A stretch of 64,000 bases of DNA from a virus, in the IMG/VR virus record IMGVR_UViG_3300001199_000005, positions 64,001 through 128,000 of that record; one strand, 5' to 3'. Below, piece after piece: positions 14,786-24,473 of the stretch (within the stretch, counting starts at the first letter, position 1; the number at the start of each line of letters is the position of its first letter). The notes below the pieces were generated by a model. That model was not told the origin of the DNA, made no database searches, and worked only from the letters and a program-made list of their open reading frames with translations. The translations under genes and the position numbers were made by a program.

Positions 14786-15624
14786 ATCCAGAGACTTACG
14801 ATATATTAGTAGGCAATATAGCGTATAATGATGAAGTTCACGTTTATTGGGATTTAATGACAGATGAAAGATACACTTCAGTAACAACATTAATAGGTAG
14901 ATATAAAAAACCATTTGATGGCGATTTCTGGTCTGATTATAAAGCAATTGAAGAACTGCTAGAAGAATTCTTTAAACAATACAGAGGAGGATTTGCATCT
15001 TTTGAATTAATGATTAAAGATTTCAAGTCTAAACTTAAACCAGGCTCTAAGGACCATCTTAGATTTATCGCCATTAAAACAGCTCTTCTACAACAATGGG
15101 ATTTTACTAGAGACCAATCTTGTGTTAGAGGAACTGCTTTTCATAAAGCAAAAGAAGATTTCTGGAAATCTAAAGACTATCACTTTACTCAAGGTGGTTT
15201 TTATGATACAGCAAAAACTAATTTGATTATTGACCCAGCAGACGGTATATATTCTGAATTACTTCTATATAACCATGAGTATAAACTTGCAGGTCAAGCT
15301 GATTTAGTTCTTAAGAAAGGAGGAAAGATAATCATTAGAGATTATAAGACTAACAAAGAATTGAAGTTAAAGTCTTACTATAATAGGAAGACAGATAAAT
15401 ATGATATGATGTTAGGACCACTTTCTAACGTACAAGATTGTAACTACCAACATTATGTCGTACAATTGTCAACATATGCTTGGATGATTCAACAACTTGG
15501 AGATTATGAGATAGAAGGATTATACCTAGACCATTTCGACCATAAAGGAAATTATACAGAATATAAAGTTCCATATAAGAAAGACACAGTAATAAGAATG
15601 TTAAACGATTTTAAAGCACAGTAA
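14776..15624 (+). CDS. PD-(D/E)xK exonuclease, RecB/Cas4-like
   Basis: YTSVTT, RGTAFH, AGQADLV, IRDYKT, QLSTYA. Confidence 0.85.
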   Translation: MPINPETYDILVGNIAYNDEVHVYWDLMTDERYTSVTTLIGRYKKPFDGDFWSDYKAIEELLEEFFKQYRGGFASFELMIKDFKSKLKPGSKDHLRFIAIKTALLQQWDFTRDQSCVRGTAFHKAKEDFWKSKDYHFTQGGFYDTAKTNLIIDPADGIYSELLLYNHEYKLAGQADLVLKKGGKIIIRDYKTNKELKLKSYYNRKTDKYDMMLGPLSNVQDCNYQHYVVQLSTYAWMIQQLGDYEIEGLYLDHFDHKGNYTEYKVPYKKDTVIRMLNDFKAQ

Positions 15625-15647
15625 ATAAAGATTACTGATAAAACATA

Positions 15648-16952
15648 ATGACAAGAGTAGAACAATTATTATCAGATATACGTGCGCTGCTTGAATACAC
15701 TAATAAAGGAGAAGGGGGTTTAGCCGACCTGTTAGCGGAGTTAAAATTAAAGGCTGACCTTACTGAAACACAGCCAGTAAGTGCTACATCGTTACCTCTT
15801 CCTACAGGGGCATCTACAGCAGTATTACAGACTACTGGTAATACTTCTTTATCGTCAATTGATACTAGATTAACTGATGGAACACAAAAATCTGTAGTTC
15901 GTGGAGGTGCTAAAGGTATTACTATACCAGCAGATGTTACATCAACGGCACAATCAGCGGACAGACAAGCTTTGGATGTTCAAATAAGAACTTCCACAGG
16001 TGCAGTTGTAGATAGTTTTGGTGGAGGAGGAGGTAGTGGTACACAGTACAATGATGGAGACGCCAGGGGGACAGCTACAGGAACGTTAGTTATGGGTGAT
16101 GATGGTGTTAGTATACAATCGATAAAAGTTGATACTAATGGCGTTGTAGCTATTCAAGATAATGGAGACTCTATTACAATAGATAACACAGCAATAACTA
16201 GTATAGATGATAAAATTATTACTGATGATGACGACGGTATAGTAAGCGCTGACCAAACAGTACCTTTAACTATGGCAGTTCTATATGCAGAGGGTGATGG
16301 TGCTAATGTCAGATTATCAACAGACTATACTCCAGAAAGAAGATTAAAGGTGCAATTAGACTCCGTACCTTTAGCTCCAGATGCAGCAACGGAGACTACA
16401 TTAAGCGCAATAAATACAAAAACTCCTGCTCTTGGTCAAACAGTAATGGCGAATAGTACACCTGTTACCATTGCGAGTAACCAAACAGCTTTACCCGTTA
16501 CAGATAATGGGGGAAGTCTGACAGTAGATACACCGCAACTACCTGCTGCTTTGGTGGGTGGTAGATTAGATAGTAATATCGGTTCTTGGTTAGGTTCGAC
16601 TACACCAACAGTTGGTCAAAAAGATGAAGTCAGTAGTATTCCTGTCACAACAGCTCAAAATCAAACAGGGCAATCTGTTGAATTTGGTAATACTCAGAGT
16701 ACAACAACTGTTGTGGGAAGTGCCATAAGTGTATTAATAAAAGCAGCAAGTACAACAAGAAAAGAAATTATAATACGAAACGATACGAACAAAAAAATGT
16801 TCATTTGTTTTTTCACACCAGCAACAACAGCTACACCAATCTTTTTAAACAAAGATGAGATTTGGGTAGAGGATAGATGGCAAGGTGCTATTTACGCAAT
16901 TTGGGAAACAGGGGTCACTGGAAATTCTTATATAACAGAAGTTTATGAGTAG
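15648..16952 (+). CDS. Putative virion fibre/structural protein
   Basis: Thr/Gly/Asp-rich low-complexity repeats with a small C-terminal beta domain. Confidence 0.55.
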   Translation: MTRVEQLLSDIRALLEYTNKGEGGLADLLAELKLKADLTETQPVSATSLPLPTGASTAVLQTTGNTSLSSIDTRLTDGTQKSVVRGGAKGITIPADVTSTAQSADRQALDVQIRTSTGAVVDSFGGGGGSGTQYNDGDARGTATGTLVMGDDGVSIQSIKVDTNGVVAIQDNGDSITIDNTAITSIDDKIITDDDDGIVSADQTVPLTMAVLYAEGDGANVRLSTDYTPERRLKVQLDSVPLAPDAATETTLSAINTKTPALGQTVMANSTPVTIASNQTALPVTDNGGSLTVDTPQLPAALVGGRLDSNIGSWLGSTTPTVGQKDEVSSIPVTTAQNQTGQSVEFGNTQSTTTVVGSAISVLIKAASTTRKEIIIRNDTNKKMFICFFTPATTATPIFLNKDEIWVEDRWQGAIYAIWETGVTGNSYITEVYE

Positions 16953-17325
16953 AAAAATAGCAGTCATAGGAATTGTTACTGGAGGCACATCTTATGCAAG
17001 TACAGCAATAACAGAAATAAATCTTACAGGTAATACAAATAATTTAGTAATACCTGGATTAGATTCTTTTTCATTAGTGGAGATGACTTCTGATGGTAAT
17101 TTTAATTTGACAGGGATTGCTGTCCCAGACCCAGAAATAGCTTATGAGCTTAAAGTATTCAACAATGGAGTTAATAACATCATAATAAAAAATCAAAGCG
17201 CAAGTAGTACGGCTCAAAATAGGTTCTCTAATGGTGGGGATATAACCATGCAACCCGAAGAGGGATTTGTTATTATTTACAGACCAACAGTTCAACGATG
17301 GAGTTGCGCTGGTAAAAACATTTAA
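16945..17325 (+). CDS. Hypothetical beta-rich structural protein
   Basis: Coupled ORF, fibre-tip-like composition. Confidence 0.55.
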   Translation: MSRKIAVIGIVTGGTSYASTAITEINLTGNTNNLVIPGLDSFSLVEMTSDGNFNLTGIAVPDPEIAYELKVFNNGVNNIIIKNQSASSTAQNRFSNGGDITMQPEEGFVIIYRPTVQRWSCAGKNI

Positions 17326-17328
17326 TCT

Positions 17329-17982
17329 ATGAAAAAACTTTGGGTAGAAAATATAACCAACGGTGCGGTAGAGTATTCTGAAAACCACACAGAAAACGGG
17401 AATACTTGGGATGATAAAAGTGGAGATGCTCCTTCTTGGTTAAATTACGGGAAAGGTGTTGTGGACATATTGACAATAACTAGAAAAATGGAAGCGTTAT
17501 TGATACTGGAAGCCAACCCCAATTACCCAACAATAGATTTTTCAGGGTACTTTTCGATGAGCAATGAAAAACAGCTTATAATGTGCGAGTATTTCATGGC
17601 CCCGTATGCTTTACGGTTAAGCACGACCAACTGGTCCGAAGCTAAAGATTTTGACGCGTGGGACAGATATGTAGATAAGACGCAAGGACTCAGTCACCAC
17701 GAAGAAACTTTTTTAGGAAGGGCGCTTGTAGTGGAGAACATGCGGAAACACTTATCACACAAAGTAAGGACAGAGAGTTTATCGGTGGCGCAAGCTCACC
17801 AATTTTATAGGGACGTACATACATTCACAGATTGGTACATTAGGGCGGCTTGTCCAGACTTTTACCAGTGGTTGACCAACGAGGCGGGCAGTATTTACGC
17901 ATTGCTTGGGTTCGAGCAAACTTCTTACTGGTCACAAGAATTAGAAGACGAATTAAAAACTATATATAATCACGAAGAATAA
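17329..17982 (+). CDS. Hypothetical protein
   Basis: 217-aa ORF. Confidence 0.75.
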   Translation: MKKLWVENITNGAVEYSENHTENGNTWDDKSGDAPSWLNYGKGVVDILTITRKMEALLILEANPNYPTIDFSGYFSMSNEKQLIMCEYFMAPYALRLSTTNWSEAKDFDAWDRYVDKTQGLSHHEETFLGRALVVENMRKHLSHKVRTESLSVAQAHQFYRDVHTFTDWYIRAACPDFYQWLTNEAGSIYALLGFEQTSYWSQELEDELKTIYNHEE

Positions 17983-17984
17983 CT

Positions 17985-19568
17985 ATGTTAATACCTAAAG
18001 CACAAAATGGAAAGAGATTATTTCCAAAGTATCAACAAAATGGTAATCTTGATGAAATATTTTATAAGGGTAAATATGGTAATACTGAACCAAACACTAA
18101 TGAGGGAGATATTATATTAAGTTCTTTATATTATAAATTCCCAAAATTAAAATCATTTGGGAAAACAGTAGTTAAGAAAGATACTACTTTTAGACCTGAT
18201 TTAGAGGGATATGGTAATATAGAGTATTTCGACCCAGAACAAGATAGTGTTTGGTATTCAGAAACAAAATCTTATGCACACCCTAAAAAAGGTTTTAGTG
18301 GGATAATATATAACCAAAATGTTAAAGACCCATACGCAGCTGTTTTTTTAGACTTAGTATCTCACGGTAAGAGTTCTGATTCAGAATTTATGAGATTAAA
18401 AAAAGAGTTTAGAAAAGCAACTGAAAAAACTAGGCAGGATGATGCTGAGTACTTTTATAAAAAAGACCTAAAAGAAGGCTTTGCTATAGATGGCAAAGAG
18501 CGCTGGCTGAATAATTATTATGATGGTTTGTTAAGAGCTTCAATATATCCAAATTTGCCCGCAGAATATATAAATAAAAATTCTGAATATTATATTGAAT
18601 ACGATGGTTTAAGTGATGAAAGTAAACAACTAGGTGTACAAATTATGAATTATTTAAAGAACTCAGACGAGTCTGAATTAGATAAAAGCTACAAACAAAA
18701 GATGTTAAAAACAACTAATAAACATAAAAATGGAGGTTCGCTTATTCCTAAATTTCAGAACAGTGGTAAAATTCCATCATTTGTAACTAAGCCGAAAAAC
18801 CATATTGAAGAACAAATGAAAAAGGATTGGTTAAAGAGAAATCCTGAGCAGGCTGTTAAATTAGGTGAGTACATGAAAACACTCCCTGAAATTATAATAT
18901 ATGACTCCAAAGATGATTATACTAGCCAGCAGCTTTCCACAATGTCGCCCAAACATAGAGAGTTATGGTATAAATATGGTAAGCCAACTATAGTACCATT
19001 TCAAATAAATACCAGCAATCCTTATGAATATATAGCTGCACAATATAGTCCAGAAGATAATACTTTAAAGTTACCATTATATAATTTACCAATAAGAGAA
19101 GTGCAGGATAAATTAGATGTGGCTGAAAAGAGATATAAAGAATTAGGCGACTATATATATAAATCTTATGACAATAGTCACACAATACCTGATATAGTAT
19201 GGAATGAACGTGAGAAATTGAGCGAATTAATTCATTCTCTTTTACAACTTAAAAGAATACAAAGACCTAAAGATGCTGATTTTTTAGCAGAGTTAAGCCA
19301 TGCGTATCAATATAATGCTCCTGGGATAAAAGGCAAAAGATTTATAGACCTCTTAAATTTGGAGGGCAAAAAGAGACTAGTACAATATAAAAATCAAAAA
19401 GAATTTCAAGATTATGAATATGATACTCCAGGTACAAGAGAATACGAAGCACATAAAATTATTCAACCTTGGTTATTGAAAGAATCTTTTAAACCTATCC
19501 AATTAGGGCCTTCATATTATATACCCATCCAAAAATTTGGAGGAATATTAACACCGAAACATAAATGA
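17985..19568 (+). CDS. Putative virion cargo protein with zincin-like module and GG-LIPK motifs
   Basis: AELSHAYQY..EYEAH; motifs MLIPKAQNG, KNGGSLIPKFQNSG, KFGGILTPK. Confidence 0.55.
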   Translation: MLIPKAQNGKRLFPKYQQNGNLDEIFYKGKYGNTEPNTNEGDIILSSLYYKFPKLKSFGKTVVKKDTTFRPDLEGYGNIEYFDPEQDSVWYSETKSYAHPKKGFSGIIYNQNVKDPYAAVFLDLVSHGKSSDSEFMRLKKEFRKATEKTRQDDAEYFYKKDLKEGFAIDGKERWLNNYYDGLLRASIYPNLPAEYINKNSEYYIEYDGLSDESKQLGVQIMNYLKNSDESELDKSYKQKMLKTTNKHKNGGSLIPKFQNSGKIPSFVTKPKNHIEEQMKKDWLKRNPEQAVKLGEYMKTLPEIIIYDSKDDYTSQQLSTMSPKHRELWYKYGKPTIVPFQINTSNPYEYIAAQYSPEDNTLKLPLYNLPIREVQDKLDVAEKRYKELGDYIYKSYDNSHTIPDIVWNEREKLSELIHSLLQLKRIQRPKDADFLAELSHAYQYNAPGIKGKRFIDLLNLEGKKRLVQYKNQKEFQDYEYDTPGTREYEAHKIIQPWLLKESFKPIQLGPSYYIPIQKFGGILTPKHK

Positions 19569-21859
19569 AAATACCAGAAAAATATAATATAGACGGAGAG
19601 GAAATACTTTTCTTTGGCAACTCATCTAGCTCTATGGATGTCAAATTCAATAGAGTAGCTAAGATTGCTAGTAACTATGATGAGATAGTTGCTAAAATGC
19701 ATAAAATCATTAATGATAATAGTAGCTTCCCATCTAACAAAGATTACTGTTCAGCAGTAGCAGTTCTTCTAATAGTTAAAACAGGTATAAGAGTTGGCAA
19801 TGAAGATTCAGCGGAAGGTTACATGACAGTACCACATCCAGAATCTAAGATTAAACCTGTATTCGTAAAAACTTATGGTCTTACAACTCTTCTTCCAGAA
19901 CATATTCAAGTGGAAAATGGTAAAGTTAAATTCGACTTTGTCGGTAAGAAGCATGTGCAGAATACTTTTGAAATACCAGAAGACCTTAGCAAACTAGTCA
20001 TTAAGGTTCTTCAGAATAGATACTCGCCAGTATTTAATCTTACAGATTCTGAATTAACTTCTTTTGTAAAACGAGAAACTTCGCCATATTTGTCAACTAA
20101 AGACTTCAGGACTTTTAGAGCTAATGTTTATGGTTATAGATTTATAAAAACACTTCCTAAACCAACTACAAAGAAGGAACAAAAAGATGGTATTAATCTT
20201 ACTGCTGAATATGTTTCTATGCTTTTGAATAATACTCCTGGAGTAGTCAAAACATCTTACTTAGACCCTAATTTATTTACTTATATGCTTGGACCAGAAA
20301 TAGTTACAAAAAGAATGGGGGGTACACTTATACCTATACATCACCAAAACGGAAAAATTAATAATATGATATTAATAAAAAAACAAGACAGCCTATTAAT
20401 ACCTAAAAATCAAGAGGGTGGGATTCTACAAAATCCGCTTTATTTAGAGCATTTAAAAAGAAATCCTATACTACAAGGTGTAATTAAAGAAAAAACAGAA
20501 CAATCTATTCTTAAGGAAAAACAACTTGAGTTAGAAAAAATGGCAGATGCTCAACCAGTAACCCCTTATACCAATAAAAATATAGAATATATTGCGCAGG
20601 GGTTATTTAATAGGGATTTATACCCTTTTCACAGTGCAGGTTCTATAAATAACCCATTGAATATAGGAAATACTTTATTTTCTTTCCCTGAAAAATTATA
20701 TGGTAGTAATGCAAAAAATCGTTCTCTTGAATATTCATATAGAATGCGAGAAGAAGCAGCCAAAAAATTGTGGAAAAAACTATACGGTACCGAGTTAAAT
20801 GATAATGACTTAAAAAATATTTTAAAAGTTTACGAAAATACCAAAGACAATTATGACCAGTTTGGGCGTGATAGGGATAATACTAATCTTGACATCAATC
20901 TATCAGGTGCTTACCTATATAAACAAGGAGGTATTCTTATACCTAAATTCCAGAATAGTGGTAAATTAAAAAAAGAAGGAAGATTCAAATTTAATGACTC
21001 TTTATACAGATTTGAACCTAATGATAATAGCTTATATATTATTGCGGATAATAAAGAAGTTAAACTAAATGATACTGAAAAACTAAAAGTTCTAAAAGAA
21101 GCTGCAAATAAGGATTTGTTAAAAGGAGAGTTCGCAGCGCCTTTATCTATACACTATACAGAACTGCAACAAAAATACAATACAGAGCAGGCAGCTGCCA
21201 GTGAAAAATCTTCAGCAGAATTAATAACTAAAAAGAATGCAAAAATAGTAGAAGCTGAAAAACGTTTAAAAGAGCAGAAAGAATTAGATAGACAAAGTGA
21301 TGAAGCACTTAAACTTCTATTGGAGCAAGAAGCTAAAAAAAATACTAAAGTAGAAGAGAAGCAAGTAGCACAGCCTACTACTCACAACTTTAAACTAGCT
21401 GGTGATAAAACTTGGGAGTACAGAGCTATTATTGACAAAGACGGTAAAAAGAAGATAGAAGCTGCAAAAACAGGCACTAATAAATGGTTAGATATAACTA
21501 ATAATAAAGTAGCTCAAGAGATTATTGCTGCAAGTATAAACGATGATGATAGAAAAGTCCTTAAAATGGATAAACCTAAAGTTCTTTCAGAAGAAGCTAA
21601 AAAAGTAGTTAAAGGTTCAGAAGATAAAAAGCCAGTAGATAGATTAACACATAAAGAAGATAGAATTTATACTATTGGAAATGAACAAGCTTCTGAGAAA
21701 GATATGAGTAAAGAAGAACTTAAAAAGTTTAAAGCTTATTCAGATAAACTTAAAGAGATTAAAGAACAACCTGAAAAAATAGTGAAGGGTGGAAGTAAAT
21801 CAAGAGAGGAGGGTTTCTTTAATAGAAAAGAAAGGGATAGACCATTATACAAAAACTGA
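19565..21859 (+). CDS. DNA topoisomerase IB catalytic domain fused to a cargo-like extension
   Basis: GIRVGNE, YGLTTL, FVGKK, KDFRT, NNTPGVVKTSYLDP give the R-K-R-N-Y pentad. Confidence 0.88.
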   Translation: MKIPEKYNIDGEEILFFGNSSSSMDVKFNRVAKIASNYDEIVAKMHKIINDNSSFPSNKDYCSAVAVLLIVKTGIRVGNEDSAEGYMTVPHPESKIKPVFVKTYGLTTLLPEHIQVENGKVKFDFVGKKHVQNTFEIPEDLSKLVIKVLQNRYSPVFNLTDSELTSFVKRETSPYLSTKDFRTFRANVYGYRFIKTLPKPTTKKEQKDGINLTAEYVSMLLNNTPGVVKTSYLDPNLFTYMLGPEIVTKRMGGTLIPIHHQNGKINNMILIKKQDSLLIPKNQEGGILQNPLYLEHLKRNPILQGVIKEKTEQSILKEKQLELEKMADAQPVTPYTNKNIEYIAQGLFNRDLYPFHSAGSINNPLNIGNTLFSFPEKLYGSNAKNRSLEYSYRMREEAAKKLWKKLYGTELNDNDLKNILKVYENTKDNYDQFGRDRDNTNLDINLSGAYLYKQGGILIPKFQNSGKLKKEGRFKFNDSLYRFEPNDNSLYIIADNKEVKLNDTEKLKVLKEAANKDLLKGEFAAPLSIHYTELQQKYNTEQAAASEKSSAELITKKNAKIVEAEKRLKEQKELDRQSDEALKLLLEQEAKKNTKVEEKQVAQPTTHNFKLAGDKTWEYRAIIDKDGKKKIEAAKTGTNKWLDITNNKVAQEIIAASINDDDRKVLKMDKPKVLSEEAKKVVKGSEDKKPVDRLTHKEDRIYTIGNEQASEKDMSKEELKKFKAYSDKLKEIKEQPEKIVKGGSKSREEGFFNRKERDRPLYKN

Positions 21860-21873
21860 AATATTAAAAAATA

Positions 21874-22884
21874 ATGTTAATACCTAATAGTAATGCAAGT
21901 AAAATGGGGTTAAAGACTAGAGAAAAGAATGGAATCTGGGCTCTTAATAATAGTGATAAACTAAATAACACTGATTTTAAATCCTGGGTTGCCCAATTTA
22001 ATAATCTAGGACAGGCTAATTTATTCACTTATTATGAAGAATGGCTTAAAAAGGGGAAACCTAAAGGTAAAGATAAGCCTATTGTTCTTGATTCATATTT
22101 AAAGTTAGGTGGGAAACTAATTCCAAAACATCAGCAGGGCAGACCTATTCTATATAATAGACCTATTGCTGAATATACAGGTAAGCCTGTTGAAAGTCTT
22201 ATTTATACTGATGCTATGCTAAAAGGAGCAACACCAGAACAGTTAGAAGCTTATGAAATTTTAGGTAAAGCAGATTCACAATGCTCCAAATCTTCAGGAT
22301 TAGGTTGTGAAAAAGCATGGAATAAACTAAGAGCTATAGGATTATATGCACCAGATAGTTATGAATCCTTTAAAAAATCAATGAATGCTAAACAGATTTC
22401 ATTAGGCAATAAGCCAACAATTAACTGGGAAACAGGACAAGTAATTGATACTGAACAGTTTGATGCAGAGACAGATTCTTGGAACATTCTTGGTAAAGGA
22501 AAGCAACTTGGTTGGGAGATACATGATATTGGTTCTAAAGATTTTGATAAAACTAAATTTTTAGAAGCTTTAAAAAACTTACCAATAGGCGCAACATTAC
22601 ATAGTGGCTCTTATAGCGATTCTTCTAAACAAACATTAAACCAAAAAGAAGGCTTTTCAAATGTTTCTCATACTATGAGAGTAGTGGGTTTTTCAGAAAG
22701 AGGTAATCCTGTTTATTATGATTTCGGAACTTTAAAGGAATTGACTTTAGATGATTACGATGTAAAGAGAATTAGAGCAATAGCTATTCCAACTGAATTT
22801 AAAGATTATACTTATAGAAATTTATTAAATTATCAACCCACGATGGCTAGGAAAAAAGGTGGAAGCTTAATACCAAAAAAATAG
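21874..22884 (+). CDS. Putative cargo protein with papain/NlpC-P60-like module
   Basis: GCEKA..SHTMRVVG..YYDFG candidate Cys-His-Asp; flanked by GGKLIPK and GGSLIPK. Confidence 0.45.
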   Translation: MLIPNSNASKMGLKTREKNGIWALNNSDKLNNTDFKSWVAQFNNLGQANLFTYYEEWLKKGKPKGKDKPIVLDSYLKLGGKLIPKHQQGRPILYNRPIAEYTGKPVESLIYTDAMLKGATPEQLEAYEILGKADSQCSKSSGLGCEKAWNKLRAIGLYAPDSYESFKKSMNAKQISLGNKPTINWETGQVIDTEQFDAETDSWNILGKGKQLGWEIHDIGSKDFDKTKFLEALKNLPIGATLHSGSYSDSSKQTLNQKEGFSNVSHTMRVVGFSERGNPVYYDFGTLKELTLDDYDVKRIRAIAIPTEFKDYTYRNLLNYQPTMARKKGGSLIPKK

Positions 22885-23745
22885 ATGAAACAAATACTAA
22901 GTTTATCAGGAGGGGCTACTAAGTTCATAGGACTAGTAGGTGCAGCACAAGGAGTAATATCAGCTGGATATAAACCAACTGATATAATAGGTGTATCATC
23001 AGGAGCTATTGCTTCTGTACCAGCAGCTATGGGGCTATGGCTACAAGCAGCTAATAAGGGATTACATTTAACTTTAGATGACATATTCTCAATAGTTCCT
23101 GTAAATGAAGATGGAGGATATACATGGCAAGCTATTTATAGATTGATTACAGGTAAGAATAGTTTAGGTAAACAAAGAATACAAGAATTAGTTTCAGAAG
23201 TTATATCAGAAGAGCTTTTCTCAGACTATGTTTTAGGCGATTATCCAACTTGTTGGGCAGCAACAGTTTGTATGGAAACAGCAGAATTAGTAGTTTGGAA
23301 TTTGAAAGAGCAGAGCTATCAAAGATACTTAGATATAGTTGCAGCTTCAGCTGCTATACCTATTGCAACAGAAGGGATAGTAATAGATGGATATACTTAC
23401 TTTGATGGTGGGCTTCGTGAACATGCAGCTAGCTCCTACTTATTGTCACCAGGAGTAAATAAATGTGTGACAATTTACTCAAGACCAGAAGACCCTTTTT
23501 GTAAATCAACAAATTGGAATAGAAACTTATTATCAGTTCATAAGAGAACATTAGACATTTTACAAGGAGAATTATCAATTTCTGATGCTATAATTGAAAA
23601 TCTTACTTGTAAAGCGTATGGAATTGAACTTTTTCAAGTATATTTGCCTAGAGTATTAGAATCACTCTACGATGTAGACAAAGAAAGACTCAAGAAACTA
23701 TATGAAATTAGTTATAAATTAGGAACAAATTATGCAGCTATCTAA
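22885..23745 (+). CDS. Patatin-like phospholipase
   Basis: LSGGATK, GVSSG (GxSxG), ASAAIP, DGG. Confidence 0.9.
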   Translation: MKQILSLSGGATKFIGLVGAAQGVISAGYKPTDIIGVSSGAIASVPAAMGLWLQAANKGLHLTLDDIFSIVPVNEDGGYTWQAIYRLITGKNSLGKQRIQELVSEVISEELFSDYVLGDYPTCWAATVCMETAELVVWNLKEQSYQRYLDIVAASAAIPIATEGIVIDGYTYFDGGLREHAASSYLLSPGVNKCVTIYSRPEDPFCKSTNWNRNLLSVHKRTLDILQGELSISDAIIENLTCKAYGIELFQVYLPRVLESLYDVDKERLKKLYEISYKLGTNYAAI

Positions 23746-24226
23746 GAACTTAACACTTGTCGAAGCAACTAAAAGTCAAACAGCAGTTAGACTAGGCATT
23801 GATAATCAACCAAATAAAGAACAATTGTCTAAGATGATTGTTACTGCTTCGAAGATATTTCAAAGAATTAGAGATTACTTCGGCAGACCAATAGGAGTAT
23901 CTTCATTCTTTAGATGTCCTGAATTAAACAAAGCAATAGGTGGTTCTGCTACTTCTTCTCACTGTAACGGAGAGGCTATTGATATAGATGCTGATATGTT
24001 TGGTGGACTAACTAATACACAAATTTTCAACTATATTAAAGATAAATTGGAATTTGACCAATTGATTGCTGAATTTAAACAAGGTTCTGAACCTGCTTGG
24101 ATACACGCTTCTTACAGAGAAGGTAACAATAGGAAACAAATTCTTATTGCTATGATTGTCGGTGGTAAGACTGTCTATAAACCTTATTCAGAAAAAGAGT
24201 ACAAAGATTACTATGGACAAGTTTGA
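23732..24226 (+). CDS. Endolysin, peptidase M15 family
   Basis: SFFRCPELNKAIGG..SSHCNGEAIDI..WIHAS. Confidence 0.9.
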   Translation: MQLSKNLTLVEATKSQTAVRLGIDNQPNKEQLSKMIVTASKIFQRIRDYFGRPIGVSSFFRCPELNKAIGGSATSSHCNGEAIDIDADMFGGLTNTQIFNYIKDKLEFDQLIAEFKQGSEPAWIHASYREGNNRKQILIAMIVGGKTVYKPYSEKEYKDYYGQV

Positions 24227-24467
24227 GAAACTAAGACAAATTACTAAAGGTCATGTCTTAGAATTATTAAATCAAGAAGAACAACTACATAAAGAGAGAA
24301 TAGGCATTTGTAAAGGCTGTCCTTTATGGAAGGAAACAAAAATAGGTCCAATATGTGACCCAGAAAAGTCAATAAAGTATAATAATGAAGAAGTATTTGG
24401 CTGTGGTTGCAGATTAGAAGCCAAGACCAGATTACAAGAAGCAGAATGTATAGTTAAAAAATGGTAA
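24213..24467 (+). CDS. Cys-rich zinc-binding protein
   Basis: CKGCP..C..GCGCRL.AK.R..C..KW; start MDKFEK. Confidence 0.7.
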   Translation: MDKFEKLRQITKGHVLELLNQEEQLHKERIGICKGCPLWKETKIGPICDPEKSIKYNNEEVFGCGCRLEAKTRLQEAECIVKKW

Positions 24468-24473
24468 AAAAAA

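Noticed and set aside
19565-20310. Tyrosine recombinase/integrase
   Set aside because: GIRVGNE, YGLTTL, FVGK and KDFRT are TopIB-specific; no HxxR box.
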